Assembly: GCA_009705435.1 (NCBI GenBank)
Contig: WLTJ01000001.1
Location: 1 to 28,203 of the forward strand
Source: Actinomycetota bacterium
GTDB taxonomy: Bacteria; Actinomycetota; Acidimicrobiia; Acidimicrobiales; Ilumatobacteraceae
Direction: 5' to 3'
Length of the DNA: 28,203 nt
Positions 18,259 to 26,115 of this stretch are shown piece by piece (the stretch's first letter is position 1; each line of letters begins with the position of its first letter). The notes below the pieces were generated by a model. The model ran no database searches. It saw only the letters and a program-made list of their open reading frames with translations, and was not told the origin of the DNA. The position numbers and the translations under genes are program-made.

Positions 18259-18287
18259 AAAAACAAGCCATCACGTGATGGCTCGCT
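18259..18287 (-). terminator. Intrinsic-terminator-like hairpin with U-tract, ~40 nt upstream of the ahcY start
   Basis: Minus strand CGAGCCATC-ACGT-GATGGCTTG-TTTTT-GTCTC: a 9-bp stem (one G-U), extendable to 11 bp, followed by five U. Confidence 0.75.
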
Positions 18288-18339
18288 GCTTGCTCTATCC
18301 CGGGCAGGGGCCTACTGGCACCAATCAGACAGCCCGATT
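18259..18339 (-). ncRNA. Candidate structured leader (riboswitch/attenuator) or ~80-nt small RNA upstream of ahcY
   Basis: Bounded by a TAGACT -10 box (18350-18345) and the terminator, and contains several alternative helices. I could not match it to a riboswitch class I recognise. Confidence 0.4.
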
Positions 18340-18366
18340 GTCCCAGTCTAGGCAGTAACTCGCGCT

Positions 18367-18390
18367 CTCTCGGGACATAGTCGCCGAGAG
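18367..18390 (-). terminator. GC-rich hairpin immediately after the Trm112 stop (no U-tract)
   Basis: Minus strand CTCTCGG-C-GAC-TAT-GTC-CCGAGAG begins 4 nt after the TAG stop. Confidence 0.5.
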
Positions 18391-18394
18391 CAAG

Positions 18395-18634
18395 CTATTT
18401 TGAGCGACCGGTGGTCTTAATCCCGCCAGCAGCAATCTTGGCCATGATGCGCTCGTGCTCTTGAGCCGAGACAACTTCTGACTCATCTACCAGCATCACT
18501 GCGATGGAGTCACGCACGGTATAGCGACGCTGCAAACGAGTGTTATACAAAGAGTTCTCATCCTCCAAGATGTGCAAAACCCCCTTGTCAACTGGACAGG
18601 CAAGCACTGAGGCAAGTTCGGGATCAATAGGCAT
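18395..18634 (-). CDS. Trm112-family protein
   Basis: LACPVDKG...LYNTRLQRRYTVRDSIAVMLVDE. The start is revised to ATG 18634, with SD AAGGAG at 18646-18641; 79 aa. Confidence 0.9.
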   Translation of the reverse strand: MPIDPELASVLACPVDKGVLHILEDENSLYNTRLQRRYTVRDSIAVMLVDESEVVSAQEHERIMAKIAAGGIKTTGRSK

Positions 18635-18648
18635 GTGAATCTCCTTTT

Positions 18649-20013
18649 TCAGACTGAGGTAATTGCTGCAAGTAATTCGGCCACCCGATGATCGCATTGA
18701 TTGCGATCGGGCGCCTCAAGATTGAGTCGCAACAAAGGTTCGGTATTTGATGGGCGTAAATTAAACCACCATTCCCCGCAGTCTACGGTCAGTCCATCGA
18801 CGCGATCCTGAGGGAATGCAGAGAACTTTGCCGATACCGACTCAATGACGTGCGATGGGTCATCAACCTGAGTGTTGATCTCACCGCTGAGGGAATAACG
18901 CTCATAGGCCCGGCGTATCTCCGAAAGAGGTTCACCGACACGACTCATTTCTTCCAGCATCAACATTGTGGCGATCAGTCCGCTATCAGCGCGGTAATTA
19001 TCTTTGAAGTAGTAATGAGCAGAGTGTTCTCCGCCGAAAACAGCGCCAGTCTCGGCCATCAATTGTTTGATGTACGAGTGACCAACTTTTGTGCGCACCG
19101 GATTGCCACCGTGTTCACGAATGATTTCTGGCACTGCTCGGCTACAAATCAGATTGTGCAAAATCGTTGCACCCGGAAACTTGCGCAACATGCTGGTCGC
19201 TAAAATACCCGTTGTCGTTGAACCAGATAATCCACGACCCAATTCATCAACAACGAAGACGCGATCGGCATCACCGTCAAAAGCCAAACCAATATCAAAA
19301 GCACCAGAACTGACTCGCGCTTGCAGGTCACGTTGATTCACCGACTGCAAAGGGTCTGCAGGATGATTAGGAAAACTTCCATCAAGTTCGCCATACATCA
19401 CTTCGAGTTCAAGACGCGGTAGCCGATCAAAAACTGCCGGCACGACTAGCCCACCCATGCCATTGGCCGTATCGGCAACCACTCGCATCGGACGTAACGC
19501 CGAAGGGTCAATGAATGACACCACATGATCAACGAAGGCCGACAACAAATCCCGTTCGGTCGTTCGACCGGGGCGTGCAACAGGCTTTAGTCGAACTCCA
19601 TCAAGAACTTGCTGAGCAAAAACTTTGACATCGTTGAGGCCAGTACTTTCGCCGACTGGACGCGCCCCCGACAAACAAAGTTTGATGCCGTTGTACTGCG
19701 CTGGATTATGTGAAGCAGTAAACATTGCCCCAGGAGCATCCAACTTGCCAGCGGCGAAATATAAGAGGTCCGTTGAAGCCAAGCCAATGTCAATGACATC
19801 GATACCTTGTTCCATCAAACCGCGTGAAAATGCGTCAGCCAATTCTGGTCCAGTGGGCCGCATGTCTCGCCCAACGATCACCACTTGTGCTTTCGTGAAT
19901 TGGGCGAATCCAATTCCTAAGGCGTAGGCCACATCAACATCAAGTTGATCGGGAACCGTGCCTCGGATGTCATAGGCCTTCACAATCTGATCAAGAGCCG
20001 AGGGGGAAGCCAT
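18649..20013 (-). CDS. manB: Phosphomannomutase/phosphoglucomutase
   Basis: KAYDIRG, phosphoserine loop TASHNP, metal loop FDGDADR, GGEHSAHYYF and RPSNTEP. Confidence 0.95.
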   Translation of the reverse strand: MASPSALDQIVKAYDIRGTVPDQLDVDVAYALGIGFAQFTKAQVVIVGRDMRPTGPELADAFSRGLMEQGIDVIDIGLASTDLLYFAAGKLDAPGAMFTASHNPAQYNGIKLCLSGARPVGESTGLNDVKVFAQQVLDGVRLKPVARPGRTTERDLLSAFVDHVVSFIDPSALRPMRVVADTANGMGGLVVPAVFDRLPRLELEVMYGELDGSFPNHPADPLQSVNQRDLQARVSSGAFDIGLAFDGDADRVFVVDELGRGLSGSTTTGILATSMLRKFPGATILHNLICSRAVPEIIREHGGNPVRTKVGHSYIKQLMAETGAVFGGEHSAHYYFKDNYRADSGLIATMLMLEEMSRVGEPLSEIRRAYERYSLSGEINTQVDDPSHVIESVSAKFSAFPQDRVDGLTVDCGEWWFNLRPSNTEPLLRLNLEAPDRNQCDHRVAELLAAITSV

Positions 20014-20041
20014 GCGAGACAGAACCCTATCGGTGGACTAC

Positions 20042-22552
20042 TCAGGCTGGCGAGGGCTTTGAGACCTCGCTCGACACAGTCACCTCTGTGGGACCCTGCG
20101 GCTCAGCCCCAATTCCCCCTACTACCTGCCCCTTTGCACGCCGATTCTGGCGCCACATGAGAAGCACAGCAAGGATTCCTAATCCCGATAAGAGATAGGC
20201 AAGGCGGTCAATAAGACTCGGCTTGAAGTTCATTGAAACCTCTTGCGAGGTTGGGATGACGACCATCATGTTTGGCGCTACGCGATATGGACCGTCGGCA
20301 CCACTGACCTCCCAGTTAGGGAAGTAACTCACTCGCACCAGAACCGGAACACCGATTTTATCAACCGAGAAGGACACCGATTCTTCACCGATGACGACAT
20401 CCGAAACGACAGCAGGAGAAATACTGAGAGGTTCGATGGCTGGCGTCGGCCTCACAACGTCCACCTTGCGCGAATCGGATCCAGGTTCGCCTTCTCGACG
20501 CTCGAGGTCAATGACGGCTTGCACTCTTTGCCATTCGTCTGGACCATCATCGGCTGGTATCGCCGTCCATTCAGACGGATTTTGCAACCAACTTGTTCCA
20601 ACTTCTAACCAACGCTCTCGTTGGTCCCCCGAACGCTCGGTCACAACAACGGGTTGCACTGTCAGTGGCGTCACAATCTCTGATCCTGCAACGGCATAAA
20701 TATGCCATGGGCCAGACTGCGTCATCGCGCTCAAGCCACCACCACTGGCCACGTTCTCTTCAGCCTTGGCGATGGCTTCGGGGGTGACAGCCATGTAGTA
20801 ATTCACGCCGAGGGCCTGCAAATACGAAACACCGACGTCTGGGTTGTTGTTGATATACCGCAACTCGCGCACAGGGTTAGAACTTTGTTTGGACATCGCC
20901 CCTGCGGCCAAAAAGTGATACGGCGTAGTCCCTGAGGCTTCGAAGAACAAACCTTCACTTGAACCGATGCATCCATCCGTCCAAAAGGGCAACAACATCA
21001 AGGCCATTGTCGTTCCATATTTGTCGTTACCGCTGAAGTTCTCCCACAGTGCTCGACCACAGCCACGAGTTTCGCCAATGTCTTTCATCGCTTGCACCAC
21101 GTTGTAGTACTCGCCGTAGGAAGAGCGGCCTTCGTAGCCCGAGAAGTTCCAGCGAGCCCAACCATCAACGAACCCCTTGCTGGCTGCAGGTCCTTCAAAG
21201 GGCCCCCATGTGTACTCCGCTCCTTTGCCTTCGTCAATGACATTGCCAAATGGCAGGACTTGGAAACGAAATCCAAGCACCAGCAGGGTCAGAACGGATG
21301 CGACAATGGCTGTGATCGTGCGTGTTCGAAACTGTTCGGCCTTAACCAATTTATTCTCTTTGAAAACTTTTCCTTGAAGATGGCTGCGTTGGTACTGACT
21401 GAGCCTCAGCAGCATCGAGACCAATTCAATAATGCCCACGGCGGCCAATAGATAACGGCACATATTGAACATCGGTAGCAAACGGGGATTCCATAGCAAG
21501 CCGATGATCGGCAAACTGTCGTTGAACAGAAAGACAAACATGGCAAACACAATTGCGCACATGCCCAACCAGATACCAGCAACATTTCGCTTGACCACCA
21601 TGGCCGCGAAACCAATCACCGAACAGGACAAAATAAAGACATTCCAAAACGGTGGAAGAGCAAAGAACATTCCCCAATAAGAAGTGAAGGAACCGTTACC
21701 TGGCTCACCTTTGTATTTCATGTCAGTCATGTAGGCGTGATTCAACAGGAAAGGACCGACCCAAAAAGCGGACAGCAGGGCACCTGTTCCCGCGGTAGTG
21801 ATGAACCACCGCAGTCGCCGCCGATCAAGCCACAACACAGCCATCAAGATCAACCCGACGGCTACATAAATCGCCACAATTCCGTGGCACAGAATCGCCA
21901 AGGCCATACACACCGCAGCCTTGATTCGATGCTTACCTGTCTGCATACCATTGGCAAAGAACCCGAAGGCCAACATTGCAAATGACAGAGCAATGGAAAA
22001 TGAAAATTCGCCAGCCATTGTCGAGGCAATGTTGCCTCCGTAGATGGTGTAACTCTCATCCAACAAATAAACCAACCCGACCATGGCGAACAATTCAGGA
22101 ATCGGATAGGCGAATCGCGCAAGTCGCCCAAAAATCCAACAGCAGACGGGCAAGGTCACAACGCCCATGACAGCAACCAACTTGAAGGCCATGCCGTATG
22201 GAAGGAGAACATCAAGGAGGACGATAAAGAAGGCTGGCACCACCATGTAGAAGCGATAAATCGGAAGACCTGAATACCAATCCATTGACCAGCCATTAAG
22301 TTTCCATGGCAAAAGGTGGTCTCTCAAAAAGGCGGGACCCCACACATGTGCACCCATATCGCCACCCGTTGGCGTTGAATCACTAAAAACCAATGTGGGC
22401 TGAATAACTTTGATGGCGACAAAAGTGCTCAGGCCAACCAAGGCCACGCGCACCCAGAAAATCGTGAAGCGTTGACGGCTCCACTGACCCATCGCCGTCT
22501 GATGGAACCATGCCATGGCCCCCGAATCAGTCACTACGTCCGAATCGTTCAT
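20042..22552 (-). CDS. Multi-pass membrane protein, PTPS-related/YfhO-like (probable GT-C fold glycosyltransferase)
   Basis: About a dozen TM segments and an acidic first-loop motif GGDMGAH, followed by WSMDWYSG.P.YRFY. It then has a large extracytoplasmic domain and a final TM with a basic tail (LLMWRQNRR). Family assignment comes from motif recall, not a search. Confidence 0.7.
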   Translation of the reverse strand: MNDSDVVTDSGAMAWFHQTAMGQWSRQRFTIFWVRVALVGLSTFVAIKVIQPTLVFSDSTPTGGDMGAHVWGPAFLRDHLLPWKLNGWSMDWYSGLPIYRFYMVVPAFFIVLLDVLLPYGMAFKLVAVMGVVTLPVCCWIFGRLARFAYPIPELFAMVGLVYLLDESYTIYGGNIASTMAGEFSFSIALSFAMLAFGFFANGMQTGKHRIKAAVCMALAILCHGIVAIYVAVGLILMAVLWLDRRRLRWFITTAGTGALLSAFWVGPFLLNHAYMTDMKYKGEPGNGSFTSYWGMFFALPPFWNVFILSCSVIGFAAMVVKRNVAGIWLGMCAIVFAMFVFLFNDSLPIIGLLWNPRLLPMFNMCRYLLAAVGIIELVSMLLRLSQYQRSHLQGKVFKENKLVKAEQFRTRTITAIVASVLTLLVLGFRFQVLPFGNVIDEGKGAEYTWGPFEGPAASKGFVDGWARWNFSGYEGRSSYGEYYNVVQAMKDIGETRGCGRALWENFSGNDKYGTTMALMLLPFWTDGCIGSSEGLFFEASGTTPYHFLAAGAMSKQSSNPVRELRYINNNPDVGVSYLQALGVNYYMAVTPEAIAKAEENVASGGGLSAMTQSGPWHIYAVAGSEIVTPLTVQPVVVTERSGDQRERWLEVGTSWLQNPSEWTAIPADDGPDEWQRVQAVIDLERREGEPGSDSRKVDVVRPTPAIEPLSISPAVVSDVVIGEESVSFSVDKIGVPVLVRVSYFPNWEVSGADGPYRVAPNMMVVIPTSQEVSMNFKPSLIDRLAYLLSGLGILAVLLMWRQNRRAKGQVVGGIGAEPQGPTEVTVSSEVSKPSPA

Positions 22553-22580
22553 ACGCTTCTATCCTGCCACCTCGATCCGC

Positions 22581-23306
22581 CTAGGACGCGAGCGCGAGAC
22601 CGATCAGAGCCGTGGCATTGAAGCCGATGTGCATCAAAATCGGCAGACTTAGCCTCCCCGAACGCTGAAAGCCGTAGCCCAAGAGCAAAGCAAAGGCGAA
22701 TAATCCAGGGAACTCAACTGGCTGAAGATGGATTGCCGCAAAGAAGGCTGCAGAGATGACCAATGCTAAATAGTTCTGTAGTCGACTCTGCAAGGCCTGC
22801 AGGACCAGACCGCGATACATCAATTCCTCAATGAGTGGGGCACCGATTGCGACCATCAGAAAAAGTCCCACGGCCCAACCGCCATCAGCCTTATCCCACA
22901 AGTCCTGGGCTCGCTGCTCGACTTTGTCGCCAGAAAAAGTCCCCGACCAAATTCGCTGCAATGGCCAATACACCGCTGGAACGAGAGCGAGTTGGCAGGC
23001 AACCCCGATGGGTAATCCCCAAAGATCTGCGATTCGAAAGCGGAGTTTGAAATCATCTATAAAACTTGATCCACCCCATCGCCGACTGACAATAATCACT
23101 GCTGCGAGCATCGGCATCCACAAACAGAAAAGAGAAACGATGGTAAACGATGTCGGCCACTGCTCACTTTTTTCACCACTGTGCCCAAACAATCCCTGAG
23201 CTATTGCCTGAATGGGTAACGCTCCCAGAGAGGCCAAAAACCAAGCACCAGCTGCGATAGCAACGCTAAAACGAGTGGCGTTCGTCGCCGGTCGAGCACG
23301 GTCCAC
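22581..23306 (-). CDS. CPBP (CAAX/Abi) family intramembrane glutamic endopeptidase
   Basis: EELMYRG (EExxxR), FAAIH (FxxxH) and MHIGFN (HxxxN) motifs in hydrophobic context. Confidence 0.93.
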   Translation of the reverse strand: MDRARPATNATRFSVAIAAGAWFLASLGALPIQAIAQGLFGHSGEKSEQWPTSFTIVSLFCLWMPMLAAVIIVSRRWGGSSFIDDFKLRFRIADLWGLPIGVACQLALVPAVYWPLQRIWSGTFSGDKVEQRAQDLWDKADGGWAVGLFLMVAIGAPLIEELMYRGLVLQALQSRLQNYLALVISAAFFAAIHLQPVEFPGLFAFALLLGYGFQRSGRLSLPILMHIGFNATALIGLALAS

Positions 23307-23314
23307 GAAAAGCT

Positions 23315-23542
23315 TCAGCCAGCCAGGCGATGAACAAAGGGCAAAACATCTGCCCGACGACGATCATCTAAGTTCCAGCCAGTGGGTGCGGCGAAACGCT
23401 GCCAATGCTTTGAGCACAGTTCGTAAATATGAGATTCGCGCTGATCGTGGAGATGATCAATCCAAATCACAGACGTGGCATATTGAAACGCCAGAGAAAT
23501 GTGAGCTTTTTCCTGACAACCACTCCGAGTACACGAACGCAT
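23315..23542 (-). CDS. DUF3499-family small Cys/His protein
   Basis: MRSCTRSGC...HIYELCSKHWQRFAAPTGW matches the actinobacterial DUF3499 pattern. The start is revised from 23776 to ATG 23542, preceded by TACATT-N6. Confidence 0.85.
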   Translation of the reverse strand: MRSCTRSGCQEKAHISLAFQYATSVIWIDHLHDQRESHIYELCSKHWQRFAAPTGWNLDDRRRADVLPFVHRLAG

Positions 23543-23548
23543 CGGCAA

Positions 23549-23554
23549 AATGTA
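23549..23554 (-). promoter_or_regulatory. -10 element (TACATT) of the leaderless DUF3499 operon
   Basis: TACATT-TTGCCG-ATG. Confidence 0.65.
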
Positions 23555-23684
23555 CGAGAAAAATGGTCTGCTTTGGTGGATATCTGAGTCCCGAGTTTGC
23601 CGTGCGCCATTGGCTGTGACCGAAACGGGGTCGTAGGTCCACACTGAAGCCGAGCCCGACCCAACGGGGCTTGATGAACGCCCG

Positions 23685-23690
23685 TAGGAT
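23685..23690 (+). promoter_or_regulatory. -10 element (TAGGAT) of leaderless ftsH
   Basis: TAGGAT-ATGTCCC-ATG (7-nt spacer to ATG 23698). Confidence 0.6.
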
Positions 23691-23697
23691 ATGTCCC

Positions 23698-25659
23698 ATG
23701 AGCGAGTCAACTCCTCCCCCTCCACCACCTCCACCCAGCGCTGGCCCACGCCGCACACCAAAGCGCGCTGGCGCACCCAAGAATCGCGCTCCGCAGGACC
23801 AGTCCTCGGACACCAAGACGACCGGTCGACCGTCGATGCCTAAATGGTCGCCATGGGTTCTGCTCGCTTTGATTCTTGCTCTGATATTCGGCCCGCAACT
23901 TCTACCTGGACCAGATCGCGAAAAACTGGGCTTTGAAGAGTTCATGACTCAGGTTGAGGGCGGACGAGTTGACGAAGTCAAACTAAATAACCTCACCTTG
24001 ACAATCACCGGCTCATTTACTGATGGCAGCGATTTCTCCACGACTGCCCCTCCAGGGTTCCCGAATGAACTTGATCGCGAACTACTGCGCACCAAGGGCG
24101 TGGACTTCAAACCGACTACCCCGCAAACCAGTTGGCTGATGAACTTGATCCCCTTGCTGTTGCCGTTCGTTTTGATTATCGGCTTCTTGGTATGGATGAA
24201 TAAGCGAGCTTCTGGACAGATGGGCAACATGATGTCCGTGGGCCGCAGTCGGGCTAAGACATTCAACCCAGATCGACCATCCACAACTTTCGCCGACATC
24301 GCCGGCTACGAGGGTGTCAAAACCGAAATCAAAGAAGTCGTTGATTTCTTGCGTATGCCAGAACGTTTTAAAGAAATCGGCGCCAAGGTCCCTAAGGGCA
24401 TGCTCTTAGTCGGCCCCCCTGGAACTGGAAAAACTCTCTTCGCCCGTGCCGTCGCAGGAGAAGCTGGCGTTGGATTTTTGTCAGTGACTGGTTCGGACTT
24501 CATGGAAATGTTCGTAGGCGTCGGAGCAAGTCGTGTTCGTGATCTTTTCCAGCAAGCTCGCAAAATGGGTAAAGCCATTATCTTTATTGATGAAATTGAT
24601 TCCATCGGTCGCAAACGCGGTGCTGGACTCGGTGGCGGTCATGACGAGCGCGAGCAGACTCTGAACCAGTTGCTCTCGGAGATGGATGGCTTTGAGACAT
24701 CTGAAGGGATCGTCATTTTGGCGGCCACCAACCGCCCCGATGTTTTGGATCCAGCGTTGTTGCGTCCAGGTCGTTTTGATCGCCAGATCGTTGTCCCGTT
24801 ACCGGAATTTGAAGAGCGCGCGGCGATTCTGCGAGTTCATAGTCGCGACAAGCGCATGGGACCCGACGTGGATCTCGATGTCATGGCCAAAGGAACTCCT
24901 GGAATGAGTGGTGCCGACTTGGCAAACCTCGTCAATGAATCTGCACTGTTTGCCGTGCGACGCGAAAGCGCTCAGATCGAACGAATCGACTTTGAATCAG
25001 CGCGCGATCGGATCATGATGGGTGCCCGTCGCGATTCTTTGATCTTGTCCGCTGAAGAAAAGCGAGTCACTGCTTACCACGAGGGTGGTCACGCAATCTT
25101 GGCAACAGTTCTCCCTAACGGTGATGCACTGCACAAGGTGACGATTTTGCCACGTGGCATGGCCCTCGGAGTCACTCAAACTTTGCCAGAAGAACGACAT
25201 AGTTTTTCCAAGAACTACATTTTGGATCGTATTTGCATGGCGTTAGGTGGACGTGTTGCTGAGCAACTTGTTTTTCAGCAACAAACGACGGGTGCCTCAA
25301 ATGACCTTGAAGTTGTGACTGGTCTAGCCCGACGCATGGTTCGCGAATGGGGTATGAGCGACAAGGTCGGCCCCATGGCGTGGCATAACCAGCAACAAGT
25401 TTTCCTTGGTGAGGACCTAATGACTGGCGGTCGTGAGTACAGCGATGATACGGCGCGGATGATGGACGAAGAGATCAACACGATTCTGCGACAAGAAGAG
25501 CGACGGGCAATCGAGATCTTAACGAAGCATCGTGCCGGACTCGACTTAGTCGCCCAAGCCCTTCTTGATAAAGAGACCATTGATGGCGCTCTGGTGTCTG
25601 CACTTGTGCAACAGGGTCTTGACGGAACAGTCACGACTCCAGTTGGCGCTCACGACTAG
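23698..25659 (+). CDS. ftsH: ATP-dependent zinc metalloprotease FtsH
   Basis: Two TM segments, Walker A GPPGTGKT, pore FMEMFVG, Walker [30 protein letters not shown], zinc motif HEGGH and GASND. The start is revised from 23671 to ATG 23698. Confidence 0.96.
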   Translation: MSESTPPPPPPPPSAGPRRTPKRAGAPKNRAPQDQSSDTKTTGRPSMPKWSPWVLLALILALIFGPQLLPGPDREKLGFEEFMTQVEGGRVDEVKLNNLTLTITGSFTDGSDFSTTAPPGFPNELDRELLRTKGVDFKPTTPQTSWLMNLIPLLLPFVLIIGFLVWMNKRASGQMGNMMSVGRSRAKTFNPDRPSTTFADIAGYEGVKTEIKEVVDFLRMPERFKEIGAKVPKGMLLVGPPGTGKTLFARAVAGEAGVGFLSVTGSDFMEMFVGVGASRVRDLFQQARKMGKAIIFIDEIDSIGRKRGAGLGGGHDEREQTLNQLLSEMDGFETSEGIVILAATNRPDVLDPALLRPGRFDRQIVVPLPEFEERAAILRVHSRDKRMGPDVDLDVMAKGTPGMSGADLANLVNESALFAVRRESAQIERIDFESARDRIMMGARRDSLILSAEEKRVTAYHEGGHAILATVLPNGDALHKVTILPRGMALGVTQTLPEERHSFSKNYILDRICMALGGRVAEQLVFQQQTTGASNDLEVVTGLARRMVREWGMSDKVGPMAWHNQQQVFLGEDLMTGGREYSDDTARMMDEEINTILRQEERRAIEILTKHRAGLDLVAQALLDKETIDGALVSALVQQGLDGTVTTPVGAHD

Positions 25660-26105
25660 TCGGCGTTGACAGGCTCGCCCGTAGACGCCCCTGGCTCGCG
25701 AGCAGTCGCCATCGCTGCCCATAAATCAGTTGCGCTGAGCGGTCCCATGAATGACTTGTGAACAACACCGCTCACATCGCAGATGACAATTGTAGGAACT
25801 GCTTCAATGTTGTAGCGAGTGTGCAAATCACGTTGCATTTCGTACTCCACTTCAATCACAGCAACTTCACGAGTCGCCAGAACCTTTGCTTTGGCTGACA
25901 TGTCAGCACAGACATGACAGGAAGCAGACGTGAATACCACGACTAGCCATTCTTGAGATTGCGTAGCGAAATCTTTTCGATCAATTTGGGTTGGGGCAAC
26001 AAACAACTTTTGTGTGGGTGCATCGCTGACCCGACTCCGACGAATCACTAGGGCTGCGACAGCCACGATCACTGCGATCACTGCAGCAGTCAAAAGGCTA
26101 GTCAT
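25656..26105 (-). CDS. Membrane-anchored thioredoxin-fold protein
   Basis: N-terminal TM followed by RRSR, a CHVC redox motif and cis-Pro EAVPT. The start is revised to ATG 26105, 10 nt after the upstream stop. Confidence 0.82.
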   Translation of the reverse strand: MTSLLTAAVIAVIVAVAALVIRRSRVSDAPTQKLFVAPTQIDRKDFATQSQEWLVVVFTSASCHVCADMSAKAKVLATREVAVIEVEYEMQRDLHTRYNIEAVPTIVICDVSGVVHKSFMGPLSATDLWAAMATAREPGASTGEPVNAD

Positions 26106-26115
26106 CGTTCCTGCA

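Noticed and set aside
18221-18394. Calling a canonical SAH, SAM-I, SAM-IV or SAM-SAH riboswitch upstream of ahcY
   Set aside because: Required core sequences (e.g. UGCAAC and a complementary GCGCUC for SAH; GGCAAC for SAM-I/IV) are missing. Reported only as an unassigned candidate.
23710-23740. CCx repeat tract near the ftsH 5' end as a phase-variable site
   Set aside because: It consists of mixed Pro codons (CCT/CCC/CCA), not a long homopolymer or perfect microsatellite.
23543-23776. Long N-terminal extensions given by the ORF track for DUF3499 (also ahcY, Trm112, SpoU, thioredoxin, ftsH)
   Set aside because: They overlap neighbouring genes or promoters. Downstream starts have an SD or a correctly spaced -10 box, or remove a long overlap.
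23457-23945. 162-aa minus-strand ORF with a poly-Gly run
   Set aside because: It is the antisense shadow of the ftsH poly-Pro codons and overlaps DUF3499; no recognisable motif.
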